From positions 224,001-288,000 of the forward strand of contig CBDBDR010000017.1 of the NCBI GenBank assembly GCA_965203965.1: a stretch of DNA of 64,000 nucleotides. Direction: 5' to 3'. Below, piece after piece: positions 10,365 to 21,000 of this stretch (the stretch's first letter is position 1; each line of letters starts with the position of its first letter). Position numbers and translations under genes: made by a program. Under the pieces are notes generated by a model. It was not told where the DNA came from and made no database searches. It saw only the letters and a list, made by a program, of their open reading frames with translations. The DNA is from Thermodesulfobacteriota bacterium. Lineage in GTDB: Bacteria; Desulfobacterota_D; UBA1144; Nemesobacterales; JAJCZQ01.

Positions 10365-11702
10365 ATGAAAAGTTTTATTTCTTCAGTAAATAGTGCACCT
10401 TATCTGCGTTTATTGTTCATTCCAGTTATAACCTATGTTTTTCTTATAGGGGTAAAGGCTTATGCGCAGGAAGATGGACCAACGGCAGAGCATGCGGTGT
10501 TTGTTGCAAATAACGTGTGGATGCTTGTTGCAACTTTTCTGGTGTTTATTATGCACCTTGGCTTTGCAACTTTGGAGTCGGGACTTACAAGATCTAAAAA
10601 CACCATAAACATTTTGTTTAAGAACACCTTCATTATATCAATGGGAATAATTACCTACGCGATCTGCGGATTTAATCTAATGTATCCGGATGATTTTTCC
10701 GTAGGGCAGTTTTTGGGGTTCGCGGGACCATGGATATCCGCGCCTGGCGGGGCAGATGGTCTTATTGCCTATGCTGATGGTGGATATACCTACTGGACGG
10801 ACTTTATTTTTCAGGCAATGTTTGCTGCAACTGCCGCGACCATAGTTTCGGGTGCTGTTGCGGAGAGGGTGAAGCTCAGCAGTTTCATGGTATTTGCAAC
10901 GGTTTTTGTAGCTTTTGTTTACCCAATCGCAGGTTCGTGGAAATGGGGTGGTGGCTGGTTGGATCAGATGGGTTTTTATGATTTTGCGGGTTCAACCATT
11001 GTGCATAGTGTTGGAGGATGGGCAGCTTTGGTAGGTGCTTTCATTCTTGGTCCCAGAATAGGGAAATACACTTCTTCAGGAATGAAACTTATCCCAGCTC
11101 ATGCTTTGCCGCTGCCGGCAATAGGAGTATTTTTACTATGGGTTGGCTGGTATGGGTTCAATGGTGGTTCAGTGCTTTCTGCAGATCCAGAACTTGTGTC
11201 ATTGGTATTTGTTACTACCACGCTTGCGGCTTGTTCAGGAGTAATTGCTGCAATGTTTCTCTCGTGGATAGTGAATAAAAAGCCTGATCTTTCTCTTACG
11301 CTAAATGGTGCTCTCGCGGGACTTGTTGGTGTTACGGCCGGGGCTGATGTTGTGACGCCTGCCGGCGCCGTTTTAATAGGGTTGATTGCAGGGTGCATAG
11401 TGGTAGTTTCAGTAATATTTTTTGATAAAATTAGGATTGACGACCCTGTCGGAGCAATCTCCGTTCACCTTGTATGTGGAATTTGGGGTACACTTGCAGT
11501 GGGTTTATTCAGCACCAACCCTGAGCATAGCTTTTTTGTTCAGTTGGTCGGAGTAGTTGCCTACGGATTGTTCACTATTGTATGCTCGTTTGTGATCTTT
11601 ATGTCCATTAAGGCGATTATGGGTGTTAGGGTAAGTGAGGAAGAAGAGATCAGGGGTTTAGATCTAGCAGAGCATGGTATGGAAGCCTATCCAGATTTTT
11701 AA
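10365..11702 (+). CDS. amt: Ammonium transporter (Amt family)
   Basis: FQAMFAATAATIVSGAVAER, DFAGSTIVH, GFNGGS, DDPVGAISVH (both pore histidines). ATG 10365 follows GGAGG. Confidence 0.96.
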   Translation: MKSFISSVNSAPYLRLLFIPVITYVFLIGVKAYAQEDGPTAEHAVFVANNVWMLVATFLVFIMHLGFATLESGLTRSKNTINILFKNTFIISMGIITYAICGFNLMYPDDFSVGQFLGFAGPWISAPGGADGLIAYADGGYTYWTDFIFQAMFAATAATIVSGAVAERVKLSSFMVFATVFVAFVYPIAGSWKWGGGWLDQMGFYDFAGSTIVHSVGGWAALVGAFILGPRIGKYTSSGMKLIPAHALPLPAIGVFLLWVGWYGFNGGSVLSADPELVSLVFVTTTLAACSGVIAAMFLSWIVNKKPDLSLTLNGALAGLVGVTAGADVVTPAGAVLIGLIAGCIVVVSVIFFDKIRIDDPVGAISVHLVCGIWGTLAVGLFSTNPEHSFFVQLVGVVAYGLFTIVCSFVIFMSIKAIMGVRVSEEEEIRGLDLAEHGMEAYPDF

Positions 11703-11804
11703 TCGAGACATAACAATAAAACAGGTTAAATGGAGAGGAGAGATAGATAATGAAAAATGATGAAAAAAAACACAGAAAATTTATATAGGTTAAAGGAGGT
11801 TACA

Positions 11805-12923
11805 ATGAGACAATTACTTGCCAGTGTGTTAATGATTGTTTTGATGCTTGCCGTAATGCCTAGTCAGGCAAAGGCAGAGTCTAATATGTCAGATTTCCTA
11901 AAGAAAGTAGATTTGGGATTTGCTGTTGATACCACTTATCAATACGTTTTTGATAAAGATGATAGAGGGGATATTGTGGAAAGAGGGCTTTACCCCGAGC
12001 ACAACGACTTTTCCATAGATGCATTCACAATTTCAATTGAGAAGGTTCCAACAATGGAAGGAGACACAATTGATCTCGTAGGTTTTCGTGCAGACATTCT
12101 TTTTGGGGAGCAAGCTGAGCGCCTAGGTTTTGGTTTCAACAGTGATGGTGATGGTGCTGTCAGTCCTTATCAAGCTTATGTGAATCTGCTTATTCCGACC
12201 GGAGAAAGTGGTTTTAACTTTTATGCCGGGCAGTTCACGACCTTGGCTGGATGGGAGCTTATAGAGGCAAAGGACAACACCAATATAACCAGATCCCTGC
12301 TCTTTTATAGAATACCCTTTGCACACACTGGTATTCGCACCACCTTCAGTACTGGGCCACTTGATCTCGCTTTGGGTTTGAGCAATGACTGGGACGCAAT
12401 TGATGATGAAAACGATGCAAAAACATTTGAATCTCAGATCGCTCTAAATCTTCCTTATGACGGCTGGGTCGGAGTTACGGGATACTTTGGAAATACTGGC
12501 GAGGAACCCGATGATGAACTTAGAAGCCTCATCACGGTTGTCGGTAGTGTAACTCTTATGGAAAAACTGACTCTGGTTGGGGATTTTGAGTATACGTGGG
12601 ATGATTTAAACGGAGATCGCTGGGGTGTCGCTGGTTACGCAACTCTTGCTATGTCAGACCTTGTATCTCTTTCTTTAAGAGGTGAATACGTTGATGATAG
12701 TGATAGAGTTGATGATATTGGTACTGATAGAATAGAATCAGTTGAGCTTTATGAATTCACTTCAACCTTAATACTCAAACCTTTTTCCCATGAAACAGCG
12801 GGAAATCTTGAGGCAAGGTTAGAATACAGGTACGATAAAGCAGATGGAGACGATAGTGATAGTTATTTTGGGGAAGACGATAACCAGAGCAGTGTTGCCG
12901 TTCAACTTTTATACTGGATGTAA
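11805..12923 (+). CDS. Outer-membrane beta-barrel porin (BBP2/DUF1597-like)
   Basis: Signal peptide after AAGGAGG at ATG 11805; YQAYV, GQFTTLAGWELIEAKDNTNITRSLLF, PFAHTG, RLEYRYD motifs. Confidence 0.8.
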   Translation: MRQLLASVLMIVLMLAVMPSQAKAESNMSDFLKKVDLGFAVDTTYQYVFDKDDRGDIVERGLYPEHNDFSIDAFTISIEKVPTMEGDTIDLVGFRADILFGEQAERLGFGFNSDGDGAVSPYQAYVNLLIPTGESGFNFYAGQFTTLAGWELIEAKDNTNITRSLLFYRIPFAHTGIRTTFSTGPLDLALGLSNDWDAIDDENDAKTFESQIALNLPYDGWVGVTGYFGNTGEEPDDELRSLITVVGSVTLMEKLTLVGDFEYTWDDLNGDRWGVAGYATLAMSDLVSLSLRGEYVDDSDRVDDIGTDRIESVELYEFTSTLILKPFSHETAGNLEARLEYRYDKADGDDSDSYFGEDDNQSSVAVQLLYWM

Positions 12924-12989
12924 AAAAGAGAAGAGAGGGATAAATTAGTATAGTTCCCTAACTTTCATTTTTGAATGTGTTTACATTGT

Positions 12990-13033
12990 GCAGGATTTGC
13001 CCTTAGTTATATAGTGGTAAATCCTGCTTTTTT
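12990..13033 (+). terminator. Intrinsic terminator of the amt-porin unit
   Basis: GCAGGATTTGCC / GGTAAATCCTGC stem followed by TTTTTT. Confidence 0.75.
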
Positions 13034-13117
13034 ATTTGGCAAATTAACTTCATTTCTTGAAACGATAAGCCTTCTTGATAGAATTATTGCCCATCTTATT
13101 ATCAACAGAATTTTGAT

Positions 13118-13190
13118 GCCCGGATAGCTCAGTAGGTAGAGCAGAGGACTGAAAATCCTCGTGTCGGTGGTTCGAATCCGCCTCCGGGCA
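13118..13190 (+). tRNA. tRNA-Phe(GAA), CCA not encoded
   Basis: GCCCGGA...TCCGGGC-A, anticodon GAA at 13151-13153, followed by TAC rather than CCA. Confidence 0.96.
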
Positions 13191-13360
13191 TACTAAATTA
13201 AAATCCTACAAATTTCACAAGGCTGCGTGAGTTAATTTGCATAAAGGCCTTCCAAATTAACACTTCATCCTTACGTTCATCATTTTTATAGTTGAAATAA
13301 GCCATAACAAATGTTTATTATTACTCTATAAATTTTATAAATTGACTTGGAGGCCACAGT

Positions 13361-13774
13361 ATGAGATTTTCTGAATACCTGAAATGCAAGAGAAGACAAA
13401 GGAATATTACTCAGGAGAATTTGGCTTGTTGCCTTAATGTTTCAAGTGTATTTATCCATCAACTTGAAACTGGAAAAGTTGATGCACCATCCTATGAAAG
13501 ATGTGAACAGTTGTCTCACATTTTGCAGGTTGATATTGATGAGTTGTGGAGCGTAGCCCAAAGAGAACGGTTGAAAAGGTTTATAGAGAAACAGGATATA
13601 GATGAGACCAATCTTGAAGTATTGACCAAAGAAGAAAGACTGATAGTCAGATTATACAGAAATCTTGATGATGATATGAAGAGAGATTTCAGCAGCATGG
13701 TTTTTATGCTACTGCGCCACTCACAAAATGAAGAAATGAAAAAGGTTTTGGATGAGTTCATGAAATGCGCATGA
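13361..13774 (+). CDS. XRE-family helix-turn-helix transcriptional regulator
   Basis: LKCKRRQRNITQENLA...SSVFIHQLETG cro/C1-type HTH; C-terminal LTKEERLIVRLYRNL helix. Confidence 0.85.
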   Translation: MRFSEYLKCKRRQRNITQENLACCLNVSSVFIHQLETGKVDAPSYERCEQLSHILQVDIDELWSVAQRERLKRFIEKQDIDETNLEVLTKEERLIVRLYRNLDDDMKRDFSSMVFMLLRHSQNEEMKKVLDEFMKCA

Positions 13775-14532
13775 GAACAAAAATCAATCTGATTGGAAAA
13801 ATATTTTTAGTTGAACTGCTCATTTTGTTGCTTATAGGGGTGGTGTTTTATTTTCAATTTTCAAGTGTAAAGGAGGAGTTTGTAAACAAAACAAGGTTCA
13901 TTGCCGAAACAATAGGAGATCAAGCAAGCACTTATTTCTCTGACATAAGTAAAGAACCGACAAGTGATAAGTTCTTCCTTTTTCTTGATGAAAGAATCGG
14001 AAGAGAGAAGTTATTCAATATATTGGATATTTCACCAGAATTTTTTAGTATTGTATTTAAGAAGGACATGGATAAGAGTTCTGTCCCTGGTCATTTCAAC
14101 AAAGATTTTTACCCAACTGAGGAACATTCGGTAACAAAGAGCAAGGGTATTTCCGTTGCCGTTCCATTTATCACGAGTCAACAATCCGAACCGTTTGGTG
14201 TTGTTGAAATTGGTTCCGATAGCATGGCAGTTTTAAAGCAGGTGTTTTCAGATAATTTTTTGCTTTACGTTGCAATGCTGGTTGTATTCAATAATCAAGC
14301 GTACATTCTCTATTTGTTTGCACAAAAAAAGAAGGAAGAGGTTTTGGTTGATAAAGGCTATTTGAAAGAGCATTCTGTGGGTGCATTGAAGATTATGCAC
14401 AAGGTTTTGGGAGATGTTATTGAAGATCATTCTACTGCCAGTGAGAAGTCCGGTTTAAACCATCCCAAAACGGATGAATCAGCAAAGAACGTCATTCCAA
14501 TTTCTAAACTGATAGTGCGAGAAAAAAAGTAA
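13771..14532 (+). CDS. Hypothetical membrane protein (two TM helices flanking an extracytoplasmic domain)
   Basis: ATGA overlap with the regulator stop; hydrophobic segments near residues 10-30 and 165-185. Confidence 0.65.
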   Translation: MRTKINLIGKIFLVELLILLLIGVVFYFQFSSVKEEFVNKTRFIAETIGDQASTYFSDISKEPTSDKFFLFLDERIGREKLFNILDISPEFFSIVFKKDMDKSSVPGHFNKDFYPTEEHSVTKSKGISVAVPFITSQQSEPFGVVEIGSDSMAVLKQVFSDNFLLYVAMLVVFNNQAYILYLFAQKKKEEVLVDKGYLKEHSVGALKIMHKVLGDVIEDHSTASEKSGLNHPKTDESAKNVIPISKLIVREKK

Positions 14533-14897
14533 TGAATGTTTTGTATTTGTTATTGGGGTTGCTATTATCTTTAGCATTATTATCAAGTTGCGATAGTGGT
14601 GGTGGAGAATCCGTTGTGTTGGATGGTCCCATAATGGAAACCTTTACTGAAAGAGACGAAATTGAATATAACGGTGCTGTAACAAATATTTCCGATATAT
14701 CTTTTTCATCTGTTTTTGTTGTTATAACACTGAAAGATGAAAAAGGTGATGTTATTGATATCAAGTCAGTTAGCGTTTTTGATGAGTCTGAGTATGTAAA
14801 ACTGATGCCGGGCGAAAGTGCATTCTTCACTCTTGATTTTAAGTCCAACCCTGATTTGGTTATTAGTAAAGAAGTGGAAGTTTACTATAATGAATAA
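14532..14897 (+). CDS. Putative lipoprotein with FxLYD-like Ig-type domain
   Basis: Lipobox LSSC; GAVTN...LKDEKGDVI...LMPGESAFF pattern; TAATG overlap. Confidence 0.65.
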   Translation: MNVLYLLLGLLLSLALLSSCDSGGGESVVLDGPIMETFTERDEIEYNGAVTNISDISFSSVFVVITLKDEKGDVIDIKSVSVFDESEYVKLMPGESAFFTLDFKSNPDLVISKEVEVYYNE

Positions 14898-14995
14898 AAA
14901 GTTTGTTTGCTATTGAATTTTCTTATCATATAGCTAGACTACTTTTGTGGATGGCATAAATTATTCGAGGCAGTTCTGTCTACTAGAAATTATAA

Positions 14996-16069
14996 ATGTC
15001 TATTGTAGGTAATATTTTAAGCATAGGTAATATTTTAAGAAGTAAAAGCGTTGTCGGACTGGACATCGGTTCATCTAATTTAAAATTGGTTGAATTGAAA
15101 AAAAGACGCAATGGTTGCTCCTTGATAAGTCTTGCAGAGACTAGTCTGCCAGTGGATTCCATAGTTGATAAATCCATAAAAGATGTAGATGCCTTAACTA
15201 CTAGTTTGTATAAAATTATTGATGAGTCGGGAATAAAAAATAGAGATGTGGCTATTTCATTATCTGGTAATTCTGTGATGAATAGAGTTATAAAATTGAA
15301 AACCAAGCCGCGCCGTAAATTGAGTGAGTTAGTGATTGAGGAAGTAACTAGTCAAAGATATAAAGTTGAAGATCTGAATTATGATTATGATTTGTTATCC
15401 GAAGAGAGTTCAAGTGGAGAAGTAGAGGTTTTATTTGTTGCAGCAAAAAAAAAGTTTGTAGATGATTACGTGTCTGTAGTGAGAAAGGTCGGGCTGAATC
15501 CCGTTGTGATTAGTATAGACATATTATCGCTGATGGACATGTATGAACTAAATTATGACATCAAATTAGACGAAACTGTGGTATTGATTGATATAGGTGC
15601 TTCTTTTACAACTATTAGTATACTCAAGGGAAGTAAACCTCTTTTCACGAGGCTTTTTCATTTAGGTGGAAATCAGTTTACCGAATTAATAATGAAATCA
15701 CAGGGAGTGAGTTTTGAGAGTGCTGAACGTTCAAAGCGAGAATATACGAGGGATGTTGAGACCCCTTTTGGAATTCAAGGATTAGAGAACGATTATATTG
15801 CAAAAATGGTGATTGAGATTAAAAGGAACATGAGTTTGTTTACATCAAATTTTCCACAGGAAAAAATTTCAGAAGTTGTCTTGAGTGGAGGCTCTCCTAA
15901 TCTGTCTAACATGATGGAGGCTATTGAAGAAATTATAAAAGCGAAAGTAGTTATAGCAGATCCCTTTAGTGCTGTAGAAATAGATAGCAAAAAATTTGAT
16001 GAAGATTACATTGCCGGAGTTTCTTCCAGTATGGCTATTGCAGTAGGATTGGCAGCAAGATGTATGTAG
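14996..16069 (+). CDS. pilM: Type IV pilus assembly protein PilM
   Basis: VGLDIGSSNLK, LIDIGAS, LSGGS, AIAVGLA actin-like ATPase motifs; first gene of pilMNOPQ. Confidence 0.92.
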   Translation: MSIVGNILSIGNILRSKSVVGLDIGSSNLKLVELKKRRNGCSLISLAETSLPVDSIVDKSIKDVDALTTSLYKIIDESGIKNRDVAISLSGNSVMNRVIKLKTKPRRKLSELVIEEVTSQRYKVEDLNYDYDLLSEESSSGEVEVLFVAAKKKFVDDYVSVVRKVGLNPVVISIDILSLMDMYELNYDIKLDETVVLIDIGASFTTISILKGSKPLFTRLFHLGGNQFTELIMKSQGVSFESAERSKREYTRDVETPFGIQGLENDYIAKMVIEIKRNMSLFTSNFPQEKISEVVLSGGSPNLSNMMEAIEEIIKAKVVIADPFSAVEIDSKKFDEDYIAGVSSSMAIAVGLAARCM

Positions 16070-16093
16070 AGAAGTTAATAAAGGTTAATTCTA

Positions 16094-16732
16094 ATGATAA
16101 AAATTAATCTGCTTGAAGGTTATAATAATTCCGACAAGGTTGCAGATACTAAGACAACGATAACTGAATCACCTGTGAAGCAACAAATAGTGGGGCTGAA
16201 AGAAGGTAAAAGGGATATTCTTATAGGTCTATCAGTTGTTTTTGTAGTGGTCGTGAGCTGTTTTGTCATGGATTATATTTATGAAGGAAGAATAGAGAGA
16301 ATAGAAGATAAGATTGCAGTAGTAAAGAAAAGAATGAAAGACTTGTCTCGTGTTGAAAGTCGCCTAAAGGATTTTGAGAATAAAAATGCGCAAGTTCAAA
16401 AAAGAATAAAATTGTTAAATGATTTAGAGAAAAGTAAAACGAATGCTATTTCTCTGATGGGCTTAATATCATACGTTATTCCTGACAGGTTGTGGATTAA
16501 GGAAGTTAGATATGCAGGGCAAGGGATTAAATTTGATGGTGTTTCAGAAAATGAACATCAAGTGGCTGATTTCATAGATGGAATGCAGAAATCAGGTTAT
16601 TTTAAAAATGTGAATCTTAAGCTTATAGAGACGGGGAGAAATAATACTAAACATAATGGTTCTTCTCTAAGAGATTTTTCTATTAATTCAGAAATTGATT
16701 TTACTGACTCCAAACCGCTTCCTGATTCATGA
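16094..16732 (+). CDS. pilN: Type IV pilus assembly protein PilN
   Basis: MIKINLL motif, TM helix, coiled coil, IPDRLWI. Confidence 0.9.
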   Translation: MIKINLLEGYNNSDKVADTKTTITESPVKQQIVGLKEGKRDILIGLSVVFVVVVSCFVMDYIYEGRIERIEDKIAVVKKRMKDLSRVESRLKDFENKNAQVQKRIKLLNDLEKSKTNAISLMGLISYVIPDRLWIKEVRYAGQGIKFDGVSENEHQVADFIDGMQKSGYFKNVNLKLIETGRNNTKHNGSSLRDFSINSEIDFTDSKPLPDS

Positions 16733-16764
16733 AGTAATGCTAAACTAATTTATGGTAATAAACT

Positions 16765-17364
16765 ATGTCATTGATAAACACTATTTTGCATTTTCTTAAT
16801 GTTGCTATAGATTTCAGTAACAGACAAACACTGAAGGACAAGCAGATTTCATTGGTAGTAGTTGTTTTGCTTGTATCCGGTGTTTATGGGTATTTTTACT
16901 GGTACCCCAAATATCAGGAGGTGCAGACTAAAACAAGGGATTTAGAAAAAAAAAGAGAAAGGTTAAATGAGTTAAATGAGTTGGAATTAAAACTGACTAG
17001 TTTTCATGCAGAAAGTGAAAAGTTGAACGAGAAATTCAATTTGTTATTGTTAAAACTTCCCAAAGATGATGAGATACCGAAATTGATAGGTAATGTCTAT
17101 TCTGCAATTTCTTCATCTGGTCTTGCACCTGTTAAGTTTATTCCTCTAAAACGAGTGAACAAGTCGTTTTATGCTGAGATACCGATCAGAATAAGTTTGA
17201 AGGGTAGTTATTTTGAGCTTGCAGTTTTTTTCAAAAAACTTGCACAATTGTCAAGGGTTGTGAATGTAAGGGATTTTCATATAAGAAAGGACAAAGTCTC
17301 AGGCAGTGGCGACGCTGGTCTAGATATAACTTTTGTTGTTGTTACTTATAAATTAGTTGAGTAA
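16765..17364 (+). CDS. pilO: Type IV pilus assembly protein PilO
   Basis: TM helix, coiled coil, LPKDDEIPKLI, FYAEIPI, GSYFEL, LSRVVNV. Confidence 0.9.
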   Translation: MSLINTILHFLNVAIDFSNRQTLKDKQISLVVVVLLVSGVYGYFYWYPKYQEVQTKTRDLEKKRERLNELNELELKLTSFHAESEKLNEKFNLLLLKLPKDDEIPKLIGNVYSAISSSGLAPVKFIPLKRVNKSFYAEIPIRISLKGSYFELAVFFKKLAQLSRVVNVRDFHIRKDKVSGSGDAGLDITFVVVTYKLVE

Positions 17365-17436
17365 TAAGGTAATGAGGATAATTAATACACCGAAATTTGT
17401 GTATTTTTTACTTTGCACTCTGCGCAGTAAATTATA

Positions 17437-18024
17437 ATGAGTTTTTCCAAATCATTTATAGTGATACATATTATACTGTTTTTCCCAGTGTTTATGGGGT
17501 ATTCTGCCTGGGCTGAAGAAGTTAAAGAAAACACTGAAGAACTTGAGGAAGTTAAGGAGAACAACGTAACCGATGACAAATTAGCTGTTATTCCCCTCTA
17601 TCTAATTGAGGCGATAGAGAAACGGGATCCTTTTAAATCATTTATTACAATTAAAAAATTTGAAGAAAAAGATGATAGAAAAGAAGGCAAACTCATTGTC
17701 AAAAATGATGATGTGGAGCATGAGGTAGAACCCGATATTTCCGAAGATACACCAAGTATTAAACTTTTTTCTTTAGATAAATACAGGATTACTGGTATAA
17801 TGTTACAGAGTAGGAGTAAATCCAAGGCACTTATAGTCGATCCTGAAGGTAATTCTTATTTTATAGGTAAAAATGATGAAATTGGTAACAGAAGAGGAAT
17901 AATTTTAGAAGTAGAAATGGATGGGTTATTGGTAAGAGAAAAGGTAATCTATGAGAGCGAGTCGGGCAAGCGGAGAGTAGAGGTTAAGGACTCGTTTCTG
18001 GAATATATTGTTGGTGATGAGTAA
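17437..18024 (+). CDS. pilP: Type IV pilus assembly protein PilP
   Basis: KRDPF motif, KALIVDPEG, IGNRRG; lies between pilO and pilQ. Confidence 0.85.
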   Translation: MSFSKSFIVIHIILFFPVFMGYSAWAEEVKENTEELEEVKENNVTDDKLAVIPLYLIEAIEKRDPFKSFITIKKFEEKDDRKEGKLIVKNDDVEHEVEPDISEDTPSIKLFSLDKYRITGIMLQSRSKSKALIVDPEGNSYFIGKNDEIGNRRGIILEVEMDGLLVREKVIYESESGKRRVEVKDSFLEYIVGDE

Positions 18025-18039
18025 AATTCACAGAATTGA

Positions 18040-21000
18040 ATGCTAATGAGAAAATACAGATTAACAAATATAAAAGGTTTCATTGGTTTAGTTATTCTCT
18101 TTATCTTTTTAATAGGTTCGTTTTCATCGGCTCAACAAGTGAGTGAAACTGACTATGATAAGATCCTTAATTCTATTGAATCTATAGAATTTGCAGTAGA
18201 AGAAGGTATTGGTGTTGTCAATAATGCTTGCGTAATTGTAGATGCTAAATCCCCTGTTGATTATGATAGAATAGATGGTGAGAATGGCAGATTATCTCTC
18301 AGGCTAAAGAATGTTGTTGTTCCCCGCAAATTGCAGATGGCACGTGATGTTGCAGATTATGCCAGTCCCGTAAGTTTTGTTTATTCAGTCAAGGACCCTC
18401 TCAAGGAGAATGACCTACTATTAGTGATGGAATATAAAGATGACTATAGAGAATATGTAGAACATGATTTTACCCGAAATGGAAATAGTTTGAGAGTGTG
18501 TGTAAGGAGGACTAGTCTTAATATAGTAGAGTCTATAGATTTCAAAACAAGAGGGGAAACAGGAATTTTAACGATAGATGCGGAATCACCACTGGAATAT
18601 GAAGAGATAGATATTAAGAATGGCAAACTATCTTTGAGATTGAAAGATGTTGCTGTTTCTCGCAAATTGCAGTTGGCACGTGATGTTGCGGATCAGGAAA
18701 GTCCTGTGAGTTTCATATCTTCCTTTAGAGATGCAGAGAGAGAGGATAGTTTACTCGTAGTGATAGAGTATAAGGACGATTACAAGGAGTATGTGGAGCA
18801 TGATATTGTAAGTGGAAATGATGGTAGGCTTACGATATCTCTAAACAAAACAGATCTTAATATAGTGGAATCTATAGACTTTGAATCAAGAGAGGGAATG
18901 GGAATTTTAACAATAGATGCGGAATCACCACTGGAATATGAAGAGATAGATATTAAGAATGGCAAACTATCTTTGAGATTGAAAGATGTTGCTGTTTCTC
19001 GCAAATTGCAGTTGGCACGTGATGTTGCGGATCAGGAAAGTCCTGTGAGTTTCATATCTTCCTTTAGAGATGCAGAGAGAGAGGATAGTTTACTCGTAGT
19101 GATAGAGTATAAGGACGATTACAAGGAGTATGTGGAGCATGATATTGTAAGTGGAAATGATGGTAGGCTTACGATATCTCTAAACAAAACAGATCTTAAT
19201 ATAGTGGAATCTATAGACTTTGAATCAAGAGAGGGAATGGGAATTTTAACAATAGATGCGGAATCACCACTGGAATATGAAGAGATAGATATTAAGAATG
19301 GCAAACTATCTTTGAGATTGAAAGATGTTGCTGTTTCTCGCAAATTGCAGTTGGCACGTGATGTTGCGGATCAGGAAAGTCCTGTGAGTTTCATATCTTC
19401 CTTTAGAGATGCAGAGAGAGAGGATAGTTTACTCGTAGTGATAGAGTATAAGGACGATTACAAGGAGTATGTGGAGCATGATATTGTAAGTGGAAATGAT
19501 GGTAGGCTTACGATATCTCTAAACAAAACAGATCTTAATATAGTGGAATCTATAGACTTTGAATCAAGAGAGGGAATGGGAATTTTAACAATAGATGCGG
19601 AATCACCACTGGAATATGAGAAAATGGATAGTGAAAATGGTAGATTATCTCTGAAGTTGAAAGATATTGTCCTTAATCAGAAATTTCAGGTTTCGCGTGA
19701 TGTTAGGGGTTATGACAGTCCGGTGAGTTTTATATCTTCCTTTAGAGACCCAGTTAAGGATAGCGATGTACTGATAATTGTAGACTTTAAGCAAGATGGT
19801 GTTAAGCATGAGTTGAGTGAGGATGCAAATGGGTTGGCTATAAATTTTGAAAAAATAATTGACGAAGAAGAGGATGAATCACTTAAATTTACAGAGGATC
19901 TGTGGGCTTTTGATTTTAGATATTCCCCGCCTCAAGATCAGTTAAAACAATACAGGGGGAGTAATATTTCTATTGACTTTAAAAATGCTGACGTCAGGGA
20001 TGTGGTGAAAAATTTAGCAGATATAGGTGGGTTCAATATTGTTATTGCAAGAGATGTTCAGGGGGAGATAACAATTAAGTTAAATGACTTGCCATGGGAT
20101 CAAGCTTTGGACATTATTTTTGGAGAGGCTGAGCTAGGAGGAACCATAGAGAGTAATGTACTAAGGATTTCCTCTCTGAGATCCTTGAGAGTAAGACAAA
20201 GGACTGTAAATAAAGATAACCAGTTAAGAGAACAGCTTGAACCTTTGGTTACAGAACAGAAGTTTGTAAGTTATGCAAAAGCCGAAGATATACAATCATT
20301 AGCAAATCCATTGCTAAGTGATAGGGGAAGTATGAGAGTAGATGTGCGTACAAACAGCATTTTGGTTACAGATACTGTTCCAAGAGTAAGAGAAGTTGTA
20401 AATCTATTAGATAGCCTAGACACAAGAACTCCTCAGGTACTTATTGAATCTAGGATTGTTGAAGCAAACATGAATTTTGCAAGGCAGTTGGGGGTTCAGT
20501 GGGGATTCAATTATACTGCTTCTGCAGGTACCGGTAATCCAACTGGTGCTGTATTTCCTTCCAGAGTTGGTTTAGGTGGTTCAAATGTTAGTGCTGGACC
20601 TGGTGGTAGTACCGGTGATTCTTTTATAGTTGATCTACCAGCCGCAGCTGGTAGAGGTGCTGGTGCTGCTTTTGGGATAGTGCTTGGAAGCATAACGGGC
20701 GCATACGATTTAGATTTAAGACTGTCTGCTTTAGAAACTAATAGGCAAGGTCGTACACTTTCATCCCCTAAAGTTCTCACACTTAATAACAATACTGCAA
20801 GAATTGAGCAGGGTGTCTCTATACCGTTTTTAAGTGTATCTGCAGCAGGTACTCAAACAGAGTTTGTTGATGCAACTTTAAAATTGGAAGTGACACCACA
20901 AGTTACAAATGATAATAGAGTACTAATGAATATAAGGGTTACTAATAACGCTCCTGATGATACTGTGGCGTCACAGCAGCCCAGTATCAGGAGAAGTGAG

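Noticed and set aside
18444..19343. Three repeated minus-strand 73-74 aa ORFs
   Set aside because: Antisense shadows of the pilQ 339-bp repeat.
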